Assembly (NCBI RefSeq): GCF_018977255.1
Contig: NW_024704742.1
Coordinates: 92,506,001-92,570,000, forward strand
Reading direction: 5' to 3'
DNA from: Callorhinchus milii
Taxonomy: Eukaryota
Length of the DNA: 64,000 nucleotides
Shown here: in pieces, positions 13,401 through 25,574 of the stretch
Position numbering within the stretch: the stretch's first letter is position 1
How the letters are laid out: every line of letters begins with the position of its first letter
Program-made: the position numbers and the translations under genes
The notes under the pieces: model-generated
Told to the model about the DNA's origin: nothing
Database searches by the model: none
What the model saw: the letters and a program-made list of their open reading frames with translations, nothing else

Positions 13401-14089
13401 AAATTCATATTTAGCAGAAGACCATTCTGAGATCACAAATTTCTCTGTAGCTCACTGATAATTTTTAAAAGATGAGATCCATAAAACTGCTGCTGCCGAA
13501 AGCAGCCAACAGATAGTCAATAGTGAGATAACTTTGAAAATCATTATTAGAATACATTAGATTAGTTACAGATGGGACAGTTGTCATTTTACAAATTGCA
13601 AGCAATGACATAATTCATTTCGGTGGGAAATGATACAGACAACAAGGTCAATAACATTGTGATAAGATAATTGTCAAATGAAAAGAAGTTTTCTGTTGGT
13701 TCATTATGTTCTCATTAATGGACAGGCCAAAACATTTAGTCACCATTTAACCTTTAAGAAACTAACAGCTACAATCACTGCAAGCAGCGATTCATGGCAT
13801 GTGTCACGTTCGCTTGCATTGCTTCTGAAAAATACATTCAGTTTAATCTGAGGACTGAACTATCAGCACTATACCATAATATTAGTACTGTAACAAAACA
13901 AGTACTGTAGTGAATTCCATATAAAACCATATCACATCCAAGGTAATGGTGGCCCAGCCATAGATCTCATGAGATCATAAGATTAGTTTGGATAAAGAAG
14001 GGTCTTTGGGCCATTTGATCTCATTTTTCCCGGATACACACCTTCCAGTGGCCATAGACACAGTTGAAAAGTTTTGGTGTTGTAGTTAG

Positions 14090-14660
14090 TTGAGTGGAGA
14101 GAACTAGCTGAGGAATGGGGTGGGACAAGAACAGAGAGGTAAGGAGATGCTAGGATGTGAAAGGTTGAGGATGTTGAGGGTGAACAGCTTGAAATCGATC
14201 TGCTGGGGGACAGGGCGACAGTGGAGTTTGGCAAGGAAAGGAGTGATAAGCGTGTGAAGTTTGGTGCGGGTGAGGATGTGGGTGGATTGAATACGTTGAA
14301 GCTTTGGCTATGTTGGAGCTCTCTGGGTGCGCATAGGAAGACCAGCAAGGAATGCATTAGAAAAGACTCAGTAAAGAGGTAACAAAGGTATGAATCATGG
14401 TTTCAGCAGCATTTAGTGTGAGAAAGGGGCGGAGGTGAGCGATGTGGTGGAGATGAAGAAAAGCAGTCTTGCTCAAGGACCGAATGTGAAGGAGAAAGTA
14501 GAGCTGAGGATCGAGCCAGATACCAAGGTTGTGCACTGATTTTGTGAGTTTCAGAGAGAGGTTGGGGAGGTTCAGGAGGTCAGAGCTGTGTCAGCCATAC
14601 TGTGTTGTAGGAAATTGTGGATCATCCAGACCTTGAATCTGACAGACAAGTGGATAGAAC
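14090..14660 (-). mobile_element. Old L2 LINE ORF2 fragment
   Basis: Purine-rich sequence similar to younger L2 copies (gaccgaatgtg...gagctgaggatcgagccagataccaagg...gtggatcatccagaccttga vs 60913-61115). Confidence 0.65.
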
Positions 14661-14779
14661 AGAAATACTATCTGCTGTCTGTTCTACCATTCTCCTTTGA
14701 ACCCTAAGTGTGTGTCCTGTTGTACTGTTGTCTCGACTGATCTGACAGTATTGTTTTGGGTTTACTTTCTTCAATTCTA

Positions 14780-15225
14780 TTTAACATCTGTAAATCTGAA
14801 TAAGGTCCCTCTCAGACTTTTCTTTTAGAGGCTGAAGAGCCCCAGGTTGTCTAATCATCGTTCATGGCTCAATTCTCTAACACCGGGGATCATCCACATT
14901 GCTCTCCTATGCACTGATTCTAGAGCTTGAGCCAACTGGAACTGTTCATAGCACTCTAGGTTGGGTCTGAGCAGAGCATTTGACGCCTTGGGACATCCTC
15001 CCGATGTAAAAGGCACAATACAAATGTAATCTTGTTGTTGTTGAGTGTGACTGAGTATCTGAACTCACTTGATAATATTGCCCAACCTACCGATTGCCTT
15101 GTTTATTGCTGCCTCACACTGTTTAGACATGGTGAGCGATTAGTCAACTAACACCTCACAATCACTTTCAGCTTCCTCCTTGGTACATTCTGTTCCTTCC
15201 ATGGAGTACATGCGTTTCCTATTCT
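14780..15225 (-). mobile_element. Degenerate CR1 LINE fragment with an inserted L2 tail (14985-15043, +)
   Basis: ccctctcagacttttcttttagaggctgaagagcccc...aactgttcatagcactctaggttgggtct resembles the reverse complement of CR1 ORF2 3' sequence; L2 tail gccttgggacatcctcccgatgtaaaaggc...(ttg)n inside it. Confidence 0.6.
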
Positions 15226-15227
15226 TA

Positions 15228-15662
15228 CTGAAGTTCAATATTGAGAAATGTGAAGTGATTGAGTTTGGTAGGAGGAATAAAGAAGCTGTTTATGCCTTAG
15301 GCTTAGATGGTAAGAACCTAAGAGTGTTAGAGGCACAAAGAGATCTTGGGATTCGGATTAATAAGTCTTTAAAAGTAGGAACACGGATGGAGAAGGGCAT
15401 AAAGAATCCAAATAGAGCCAAAAGGGCTTTAAGTCCAGAGGAATAACACATTTAAAAGAGAATGTGGAATAGAAGTTGTGGTTAAACCAGAAAGCAGTGT
15501 GTTTAACAATCTCGATGTGTATATGAGGGAAATAATAATAGAAGGTATAGGCAGAGGCTAGAGTGGGGTTAGGTTTGGTGGGGTCTCAAGTGGAGTATAT
15601 AAACTGGCATGGATTAGTTTGCTAAATGGCCTGTTTCGGCGCTACAAAACCTATGTAATCTC
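15228..15662 (+). mobile_element. CR1 LINE fragment (ORF2 remnant and 3' tail)
   Basis: Translation KFNIEKCEVIEFGRRNK...QRDLGI matches EFNVEKCEVIHLGSKNR...QRDLGV of the CR1 at 26108; tail aaatggcctgtttc...ctatgtaatct. Confidence 0.8.
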
Positions 15663-16079
15663 AACAAGGATTATTTAACTAAAGATGTAAACCATGCAGT
15701 TTGAAGACCAGTTTCTACATCATCCATTCTGCATTGTGTGCATGACTGGTGCCATTTTCAGAGTGACTGGTCTGTGCCTCAAAACAAAGTACAATAATTC
15801 TCCATGAGGCAGTGTTCTCAGCTGTCTCAGCGCTTGACTGCAGGAGCAGTGGGATGCTGTGCAACAGTAATGTCAGGATTGTAACCATTGGAGACTGGGT
15901 ACAGATCTTTAATATCATGAAAAGATTCAATCAGGTGGTGCAAAATATTTTCACTTGTTGGTGAGTGCAAAACGAAAGGGGCATAGATAATAATCCTTTC
16001 ATTTGATAAAGCACCTTTCATGTCAGGAGGACATCTCATAGCAGTTCACAGATTTACTGTAATATATGGTGACTGTGTA

Positions 16080-17525
16080 CAACAACAACAAAATTACATT
16101 TGTATAGCACCTTTCACATCGGGAGGACGTCCCAAGGCGCTGGACAGTCAGTGTTTTGAACCCGAGCTGGGGGTTGGGATCGGGGAGCAGGGGGGAAGGA
16201 GGGTGCTTGAAAGCACAGTCGAAGGGGAGGGCCTTGAGATGGGTCTTGAACCAGGCAAAAGAGGGGGGTAGGGTGGAGGGACTGTGGAATGAAGTTCCAG
16301 CGGGTGAGGTCAGAGTAGCAGAAGGCCCGCCCGCCATTGGTGGGGCGGGTGAGGTGGGGAACGTGAAGCAGGCTGGAGCCCGCTGAGCGGAGGGAGTGGG
16401 CAGATTGGTAGGGTTTAGGAGGTTGCAGATGTAGGGGGTAGCAAGACCATGGAGGGCTTTGCAGGTGAGATCCAGGAACCGTATCCTCTGTGTGATGGGA
16501 AGCCAGTGCAGTTGGGTGAGTATGGGGTGATAGGGTCACAGAGCCTGGTGTGGAAGAGGACATGGGCTGCAACGTTCTGGATGATCTGCAGGCAATGGAG
16601 GGAGGAGATGGGGAGGCCGACAAGCAAGGAGTTTGCATAGTCAAGCCTCGATGTTATGAATGTGTATATGAGGGTTTCGGCGGCCTGTGGTGTAAGACAG
16701 TGGTGGAGCTGGGCGACGTTGCAAAGGTGGGGGAGGCAGAGCGGGTCATGGCATGGATATGGGGTAGAAAGGATGGTTGAGGGTTAGACAATACGCCAGT
16801 GTTCTGGACTGGCTTAGTAAGGTGGAGTCTGCAACCGTGGATGGTGATGCTCTCGGTGTCTGAGGTGTGAAGGCGCTGGCCGGAGCCGATCAGGAGAGCC
16901 TTGGTATTGTTGATATTCAACTGAAGAAAGTTAGCTCTCATCCAGGATTTGATATCTTGACAGACATTCTGTCAGCACAGCAGTGGTCCTGGAGTCAAAG
17001 GTGGAGGCAGAGAGACAGAGTTGGGCGTCATCTGCATGACTGTGGAAGTCAACCCCATGTCTGCGGATGATGTCACCAAGCGGGAGCATATAGATATTGA
17101 AGAGGAGGGGACCAAGGATGGAGCATTCCCTGAGGAACGCCGCATGATATGGTGTGGGGGCTAGAGGAGAAACTGATTGTGGAGATGAGGTGGTGTGAGA
17201 GGTAGGGTCTGAACCATTCAAGGATAGAACCATAAAGGTTGAGGTGGAGGAGAGGCGGTGGATGAGGATAGAATGGTCAACGGTGTTGAAGGCATCAGAG
17301 AGGTCAAGGAGGTTGAGGAGGTAGAGGGAGCCCTGGTTGCAGATGGACAGAATATCATTTGTCACTTTGACTAGAGCTGTTTCTGTGCTGTGGGCGGCAC
17401 GGAAACCTGATTGGAGGGGCTTGTGAAGGGAGTGACGGGAGAAAAAGGAGCAAACCTAGGAAGCAATGACTCATTCCAGGACCTTGGAGAGGGAAGCGAA
17501 GTTGGAGATGGGACGGTAGTTTGAG
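16080..17525 (-). mobile_element. L2 LINE, 5'-truncated and frameshifted (RT region to tail)
   Basis: Minus-strand ORFs contain LLDLSDAFNTVDH, SILGPLLFNIYMLPLG, HADDAQL, NFLQLN, LQIIQNVAA; (TTG)n tail at 16080. Confidence 0.92.
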
Positions 17526-17599
17526 AGCAAGAATATGTAGAGCCCCAAGATGCTACCTTGTGAAACATAAACCAGGTTAACCATAACAAAAACTCCACA

Positions 17600-17841
17600 G
17601 GGTGGAAATTCCACCTGATCTAGATTTACTCTATTAATGTAACATTTTCAAACTGAGAGAGTTTGGCAATTCTGGAATACAGCCATAATTTTGAAGCTGG
17701 TTTTCTGTGAGTTCTTTTAAGAACTACAGAAAAGCAACTCCAAAGTTAAGCCTCGATTGAACAATTTCTGCTGAATTTTTGGATATTTTGAAATGCTACG
17801 TTTTATAGAGTAAATCTATGTGCAGGTGGAATTTTTACCCC
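17600..17841. mobile_element. Foldback (hairpin) MITE-like element, ~240 bp
   Basis: Arms aattccacctg/caggtggaatt and tagatttactctat/atagagtaaatcta are exact reverse complements; centre ttttctgt..gttctt/aagaac..acagaaaa; related copy at 38645. Confidence 0.8.
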
Positions 17842-17947
17842 ACATATTTCTTTGAAATAGCCATAGCAGGGCATTCCCTTTACATCTACCTGAAACACTG
17901 GCATTGTGCTAATAGCACAATCTTGTAAAAGAATACTAGTACTACTA

Positions 17948-18197
17948 CTAATAATAATCCTTGCATTTGATATAGGACCTTATCCTATCATTGAAAAGGC
18001 TCAAATCACTTCAAAGAATATATTGTATAGTGAGTTGGCTGTATATTTTGTGGACGAAGCACGATAGCCAATTGCGCACAGCAGTGTCCCACGAATAGAC
18101 CTGGATTGAGTGACCAAATTTTTTTCTTTTGGCGGGATTATTAACCCTGGAGAGCGATCTGCCAAGCTTTCCAACTAACAATCGGGTTCCTATTTAC
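17948..18197 (-). mobile_element. tRNA-Ala SINE, long form, head missing
   Basis: Tail and body match other copies up to gggttcctatttactg, where an L2 3' fragment abuts. Confidence 0.85.
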
Positions 18198-18199
18198 TG

Positions 18200-18374
18200 T
18201 TCATACCCTCTCTTGCCTCCTTCAAGTCCCATCTGAATACCTTCCTCTTCAATCATGCCTTCCTCCCCTTCTGACCCTAACTCCCAGCTTGAGTCCAAAA
18301 CTCCTGATTGTCCAGGGCCCTGGGACATCTTTCCGATGTGAAGGGCGCTATACAAGTGTAATTTGTTGTTGTTG
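18200..18374 (+). mobile_element. L2 LINE 3' UTR/tail fragment
   Basis: cctccttcaag...gggacatctttccgatgtgaagggcgctatacaagtgtaatttgttgttgttg. Confidence 0.85.
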
Positions 18375-18375
18375 A

Positions 18376-18726
18376 AAGCCAAAGCCCTAACCTTTAGAGT
18401 GTTTCTTGTTGGACAAGCAGTGGGAAAGCTTACCAGGCAGTGCTGTAAATGGGAAGCTATGCCGTTTTAGGTGGTCAAACGCCAGGAGTACCCCAACGCA
18501 CACTCTGGGGTCCCTAAGTCTTGGCTCTTGCCAACCTGCACCTAATACGGAACTAGGTAAGCAAGATGCATCCCTCCAGGGAGAGAATGCGCATCCCATT
18601 ACAATTAACATCTCTGGAATTTCCATGTGTAGGTGGGATGCATGGAATTCTCAGTTTGGTTTGAATACTCTTAAGCATGGTGATGGTTTTCCACATGTGT
18701 CACCCAACTGATCAAACCAAAAGAAA
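18376..18726 (+). mobile_element. Repeat family X copy
   Basis: ccaaagccctaa...ttggacaagcagtgggaaagctt...ggtaagcaagatgcatccctccagggagag...catgtgtaggtgggatgcatgg...ctgatcaaaccaaaag. Confidence 0.85.
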
Positions 18727-18744
18727 ATCTTGGTGAATGGTTAT

Positions 18745-18990
18745 TGCTCAGTTTCTTATCATTGTCTGGCAAGTTCCCTGTTGCTTGTCCAGCTAGGTCC
18801 ACTCTTATCGATTAGAGCTCTAGATTGCAGGGTGAACAGGAGCTTAGTGGGCAAAAAATTGTCCTCCTCGGACTGTTGTTGTCTTGATGGTCTAATTTCT
18901 GAACCAGGTGGGTTTAACCAGGAAGGGGTGAAGATCTCTCTTAAATCCTGCCAATGATCCAGGCTGGCTGGTCTGTCATCAGGGGTGCCC
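18745..18990 (-). mobile_element. Diverged family X copy, inverted relative to its neighbour
   Basis: gcttgtccagctag...ttgcagggtgaacaggagcttagtggg and ccaggctggctggtctgtcatca match 40851-40917 and 41148-41171. Confidence 0.65.
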
Positions 18991-21665
18991 AGGAGTACTG
19001 TGAGCCCACCTGGTTGAGGAACAAGGCAATCACAACCAGTGTTGATGATTTCACCATTCCATTGCCCAGCATGTTACCTTGGAGCCAGTTCAGTTCCAAG
19101 GAAACCCTGCTTCTCTCCCCTGCCCACCTATCACCACCAAGAATGCAGTTTCACACAAATCTGCTAAAATCCAGTGCATAAGTCACATTTTCATAAAGAT
19201 AAGAAATCTGAAACTGGGTGTAATTTAAGTAACGTGCAATCTTTTTCTGCTCAGTGTGACATTTGCACTCAAGGATTTGTAGGACGTTGGCAGATCTTGT
19301 CAATGGTTGGCTAAAATTGAGCAGAAAAGGGAATTATATGTGAAAATAAAAATTGCATCAAACAAAATGTGCCAGATTAAAAGAATCTTTCATACTGAAA
19401 ACTGAATTTCTCCACAGTTGTTTATTTAATTATATACGGTTTCCAAAAATACCCCTAATTTGACTTATAAAATGAAACTGGGAGTTTATTTTTAAGTGAG
19501 ATAAAGCTGAGTTGGCAAGGGCTAGAAATTAATTTCAATGGGATTGTACCCATTGAACTGAAACCTTTTTGAGTTTTATGTTTCCTCTCTCCTTCCCCCA
19601 TCCACCCAGAAATAAGTGCGACATATAATTTTATTTTGAATATAACAATGCTTTTGCATAATATTTGTTTAGTAGGGTTGAGTTTTGCAATAATGTTGTT
19701 ATAATAAAAACATAATCCGTGCATTTTATCTAGCTCCTTATTACATCATCAGTCTGAAAGTGTGGTAACTGGAGAATTTTATAGGTAATATATTAGCTAC
19801 ATATTTTACATATAATATATTAGATTATATATATATTATATATACTTTAGTATGTGAATGTGGCAGCCAATTAGTGCTCATCAATGTTCTACAAACAGCA
19901 ATGGAGTGAATGACCAATTTTATCAGGAGGATTGCTGGTTGGGACACAGGGGAAAAACTCCCTTCACTTTTCAAATAGTAAAATACCGAAATTGTTTTAA
20001 TTTGAATGCTTATGAGTTTAGTTTACAATGGAAAATGGTTTCCATTGTACTTCCACATTGAAAATTAATGTCTAAAAAACAATCACTTCACAGGAATATC
20101 CTATGAAATGCTTCAAGATGTCTCTACAGCTTGATAAGGTGCTGTGTCAAATGTAAGGATTATTATAATTTTAAAGCATTAAAACAAGACCTAAGCTGTA
20201 TTAGGCTAAGTTTTGAGACTAGAATCATTCAAAGTTAGCAGGTAATAAGCCACTGTTTATACATAAAAATAACATAAAAATATAGAATATGGACATACAG
20301 AAACCCAGCCATTAATATATATAATATACTCATAAATGTTTTCAAAAAAACTCAAATCTAGAAATTAAATCAATAATTTAGTCTATGATTTGTGTAGGTT
20401 CTTTGTACAGTAATTGAGTGCACAAGATACAAGCCCCTTTGGTCAATTTACAGACTGAACTGGGGAAGTAATCTTCAATGGAATTATTTGGGCCAGAAAT
20501 AGTAAAGTCATGCCAGTTTTCCACATAATGCTAAATAATAAAAATAAATGTTCTTGCTTGAGATTTTTTTCAATACTAAGTGAGTTTAATATTGTGCCGT
20601 AATCCCCATGCTTTGGTTGGTTTGTATAGATTGAGAGAGCGGGGGAGTGGGATTGATTTGTACAGCTCTTTACAAAGAGCCGGCACAGACATGATGGGCT
20701 GAATGGTCTCCTTCTGTGCTGTATAATTCTATGATTGCCTTTGTGATGTTGCCATGATCTGAATTGCTTGTGTTAGCATTGCATCCTTTTGCATCTCAGC
20801 TGTTGCTTCCTCAATAAAATCAATGAATGAATGTTCAGTCAAGCTCCAAATCAAACTCCAGCATGCACTTGATGCAATACATTCAATAATCCACAAGCTT
20901 TGCATAACCATGAACCATATACTATTCTATATTTGAACCTTTTATAACTTGCTTCACCTCCAATGTATTATCCACAACTTTGTTGACATACTGAAGATCT
21001 AAATCTATTTTTTCTTTAATAGAGTAACTGCGAAGAAAATCTATACACCGAGATAGCCACATGATAATGATGAACATACTGTTAGTAGAAATTAATTGTT
21101 TCTGGCACATTGAGTTAAAGCAGCTGGTGCTTTAATTTCTTTTGGAAAGCATATGAAAATAAACAGTATAAAAATATGTCGCTCTAATCTGGATTACTCA
21201 TGTTTGATGCTTTCACTATCAATGGATATTTTTAAAATTGCATTGGTATGGCACTGAGAGAGAACAGGGAGATCCCATGTCAGAAACATATTAATTTACA
21301 GCATGGATGAAAGCCATTCGGCCCATCATTCTTTTGCTGGCTCTTTAAAGGAGCAATCTATCCCTTTGAAAGCTAATAGAGATTCTGCTACCGCACCTGG
21401 CAGAGCATTCCACTTCTCAACAATTCTGTCTAAGGAAATTCCTTCTAATCTTCCCCTTTGCATTTTTGATATTTTTCTAAATATTTTTTCTTTGATCAAC
21501 CAATGGAAATTTATCCCCATCTTTTTCTTAACTTGTTGCTGTTGTTTCCCTGCCTGCAAAGTAACCGCTAACCAATTGCATGTGCATTTTGGAATGGAAA
21601 CGGTTTGCTATTGTTAACTTTTTTTTTGCTTTTGTCCGATGTTTATAGAGCAGGGAAGACATACA

Positions 21666-22077
21666 TGAGGAGTCCTGTAACTTAGTGGCTAGAGCACTTG
21701 CCTCACACGTGAGAGGATCCAGGTTCGATTCCTAGGCAGGGCAAAACCTTAGGCAAGTTTCCTTATTCCACACGCCTCTGTTATCTAGCAGTAAGTAGGA
21801 ACCACGCTGTTAGTCGATTGGTGGATCGCTTTTTCAGGGATAATATATCCCTTCTAAATAAATAATAATAATTTAGTCACTCAATTCACGACTGTTTGTG
21901 GGATACTGCCATGCGCAATTGGCTGCTGCATTTCACTCACAAAATATACAGTCAATTCACCTTACAGTATAATAATCCTTGCATTGTTTATAACACCTTG
22001 TCATGTCTTTGAGATGTCCCAAAGCTCTTCGCAAAATATACTGTAAAGTGAATTGACTGTATATTTTGAGGCCGAAA
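21666..22077 (+). mobile_element. tRNA-Ala SINE, long form, whose tail is replaced by an inverted SINE tail (21970-22077, -)
   Basis: Head ggagtcctgtaacttagtggctagagc; body ends cagtcaattcaccttacagtat and is followed by aataatccttgcatt...tactgtaaagtgaattgactgtatattttg. Confidence 0.88.
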
Positions 22078-22460
22078 ATACATCGTAATTCCTCTAGTCT
22101 CTGCTCATAGGTTAAGCCACCCATCCCTGGTATCATCCTAGTAAATCTCCTCTGGACCTCTTTGCGTGTTCAGTTCTGGTCCGTCATGAGTTACCCACTC
22201 TCAGGTCCTGCGATGGTTGAGATTGATAGGGTTTGCCTGAATTAGAGAAAGAGGAAAAATCATCTAGGTTAACATTGTAGAAGAAATTAAATTATGATCA
22301 AAAGTACTACATTTCCTACGTTTGTTAGAAATTTATTTCAAGTACATTATCGAAAAAAGAAATCTTTACTATTTTCCACCCAGCAATTTGAATGTGCAAT
22401 GTGTGTAGCTTCTTGATACGCTTCTGTTATATTATACATTAAATATTTTGTCATACACAG

Positions 22461-22478
22461 ACCTTGGCTACTGACAAG
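22461..22478 (+). other. MEGF10: 5' UTR part of the first coding exon of MEGF10
   Basis: Acceptor ttttgtcatacacag| at 22460; 18 nt to the ATG. Confidence 0.8.
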
Positions 22479-22594
22479 ATGATTCTCTGTTCATATCACT
22501 ACGGAATCTTCATCATCACTTTTTTGAATTGCCTTTTGGGAGAATCGTTGACACTGAACCTCGAGGATCCAAATGTGTGCAGCCATTGGGAAAG
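22479..22594 (+). CDS. MEGF10: MEGF10 first coding exon (exon 2): signal peptide and start of EMI domain
   Basis: MILCSYHYGIFIITFLNCLLGESLTLNLEDPNVCSHWE(S); LNLEDPNVCSHWES is the MEGF10 mature N-terminus; donor AG|GTAAGC; 116 nt, phase 2. Confidence 0.96.
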
Positions 22595-23085
22595 GTAAGC
22601 TATGATTTATGTCTCTGTTAAATACTTTGGTGAATGAAGCAATTTAATAATTGTTGCATTTGATAATGACACCTTTCACATCAGGAGGACATCTCAAAGT
22701 GCTTCACATGATATACCAAAATGTATATGTAATCCCTCCTTCTAGCACTCTATCTCGCCCACTCTCTTTGTGTCTTTAACTCCCACTTCAAATTCTATCT
22801 TTTTGAACACACCTATGTCCCTCCCCCTTGTCCTCTACCCTCTTCCTTGCTTGGTGTCCAACTCCGTGCCTGTAAAGCGCTCTGAGAATCCCACTATATA
22901 AAGCAGGTTATTATTGTAAAGTGTAGTGTCTGTGTATTTTGCAGGCAAACACAGCAACTAATTTGTGCACAGCAATTTTCCACAAACAGCCATGAAGTGA
23001 ATGATCAATTTTATCTGGGGGATTGTTGATGATGTTTATTATGGAGGGTGCGGGGTGGGGGAGAATGTGGCACTGGTGATAATTA

Positions 23086-23375
23086 TGTGGAGTCCTGTAG
23101 CTCAGTGGTCAGAGAGACCTGGGTTTGATTCCTGAGAGGGTGAAACCTTGGGCAAGTTTCCTTACTCCACACGCCTGATGATAATCCCTCAAGAAAAAAA
23201 TAATAAAATTGGTCATTTCAATCCACGACTGTTTGTGGGACACTGCTGTGCGCAATTGGCTGCTGCATTTCACCCACAAAATATACAGTCAATTCACTTT
23301 ACAGTATATTCTGTGAAGTGCTTTGAGACGTCTAGAAGACGTGAAAAGTTCTATATCAAATGCAAGTATTATTAT
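23086..23375 (+). mobile_element. tRNA-Ala SINE, short form
   Basis: tgtggagtcctgtagctcagtggtcagag...acgtctagaagacgtgaaaagttctatatcaaatgcaag(tat)n; deletion in the anticodon arm. Confidence 0.9.
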
Positions 23376-24199
23376 CACATTGATCAAACATGTAATCAAA
23401 GCAGTGAAAGCCTCTTAGACCTCAGGTGACCTTCTCCCCCCCAAAAGCCAGTGATAAATATTGACTGCTTTCAATATTGATCACAACCTTCTAGTTGGTT
23501 CCAAATCCCAGACAGTCCAGTGTCTTGGGACGTCCTCCTGATACGAAAGGCGCTATACAAATGTAATTTGTTGTTGTCTTAAAGTAAGTTTGATAGTATT
23601 CATGTCGCTGATCCCACAACAAAGAAGTGGCTCTTATGTGCAGCAGGCACACAATTGTGAGCTGGATGGTTGGGTCACATGGGCTCGTAACAAGTTCCTG
23701 GAATGTCCCGACACTGAACTAAGGCTAGAAGTGAAGTTCAGTGAACTTTGGAAGCAAAGGAAATAAGAAGAAATAAAGCACCTGCCAGGCCAGCTCCTCA
23801 TAACAACAATCCTTGTGGCTGAGGACTTAGTCTTCTGCCATTGTGCCTTGTGCATTTGTCTCAATTACTCCAGCTGTTGCTGTCCACAGACAGGGCAAGT
23901 TCTGTGTTTGGTAATTATAGCCCAGTCTACTACCAGCTGCATTAAATACAGCGGAGAAACTGATGAATGGATTCTTTCCAACCCTGTTCTAACAACGTGG
24001 GTTTATTTCTCAAATCTGTTTCCATTTCCACCATTGCAATTCACCAAAGTGATGTGTTACCTCATATTCATCAGAAGTGGGCTGATCCCGGAAATACAAA
24101 GGGAGGGTGGGGGGAGGTGGTAGGAATAACACACTTGTCCTGAATTTTCCTCATCCTTTTAACCAAGTGTGACACTGTGGCTGTTTAGACTGTCTCAGT

Positions 24200-24365
24200 G
24201 GCACCAATGACTAGACTCAGAGAATGTTTGTGGTGAGTTGCTAAGCTGTACGTAGGTCTCGGGTTCCATTTTCACTCTGTGCTGAATTAGTTGACCTCAG
24301 CTGGGGTGGTAACAAGGCTGTTACAATTGGCCTTGGTGACTTGGCATTGGGAAGGGGAAATATAT
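24200..24365 (+). mobile_element. Ancient SINE relic (AmnSINE2-like)
   Basis: ctgtgctgaattagttgacctcagctggggtgg...ttacaattggcct...gggaaggggaaa; related minus-strand copies at 36665-36870 and 49795-49865; family name from memory. Confidence 0.45.
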
Positions 24366-24894
24366 GAGACAAGTTTCCAAATGTTTGTTGCTGTAAGTAA
24401 CTTCTGGAGGTACATGTGGGTTGGGACAGGATTGGGTTTAGCTGCAGTCTGTGGAAAAACAAACCTCACTGTCAAAGCTAACAAATGAATAATTATCACT
24501 TTGGAAGTGTCTGGCACCAGTAGAGACCAGTAAAAGGAAAACTCAGCTAATACAACTAATTTGTAATTTAACTATATATCCAAATCTTGTATATACCATT
24601 ATTACAGCGACTGTACTTAATCCAACCATTTCCCAAGTGTAATCCATGAATTGTACCTGCATAGATAACCAATTCATGAATGGGTGTAATTTGGGAGGCC
24701 ACTCAATTGAACCCGGATTAGTTGGAAATTGAAGTCTACCGCGCTGGGAATTGTACACATTAAAAACCTTCTGACTCGGAGCCGAGAGTGTCACTAACCG
24801 AGCCAGTTAGGAATTCCTAAATTAAATTAGAAATTCCTAATACTTAGGAAGTAAAGGAAAAGGAGAAAAAGTGGGAAAATTGGATTAAAAGATC

Positions 24895-25203
24895 ATCCCA
24901 CGTTCAGATGAGACGTTAAACTAAAGTCCCGTCTGCCTGTTCAGGTGGATGTTAAAAATCCCACAGTGCTATTTGAAAAGACAAGGGAGTTTCAATTGGT
25001 GTCCTGGCTAACAATCTCCCAAAATAAAAATTGGTCACTCACTCTACGATTGTTTGTCGGACATTGCTGTGTGCAACTGGCTGCTGAGTTTCGCCCACAA
25101 AATACACAGCAAATCTACCCTACAGTATGTCCTGTAAAATGCTTATGAGATGTCTCAATGACGTGATAAGGTGCTATATCAAATGCAAGGAATATTATTA
25201 TTA
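24895..25203 (+). mobile_element. Deu-domain SINE, head missing
   Basis: ttcagatgagacgttaaactaaagtcccgtctgcctgttcaggtggatgttaaaaatcccacagtgctatttgaa...tgctatatcaaatgcaagg. Confidence 0.8.
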
Positions 25204-25574
25204 TTAACCATAATCTAATAAATTGGCGGAACAAGCTCAATGGACTGAATCATTGCCTTCTGTTCCTGGATTACTATGATTAGGTTCAAATTTTGTCCAT
25301 TATTGTAACGTTCGTAAATCCAAAACATAGTTTAGATTCACTAGTTCCTTTATTAAAACCTTACATTTCCACAATCAATCCAGTCACTTTCCCAGAATCG
25401 TTTTATACTTGCTTGCTTCTCATTGTCGATGTTCAATTGCCAAGTCATTAAAGCAATATGCAACAATTGCCATATTGGTAAGGTGCAAACACAGAAATGT
25501 TCACCACAGATGTCAGTGGCTCATTGTGTCAGTACCACTGATATGTTTAAATCATGGTTGCACCATGTGATAAT

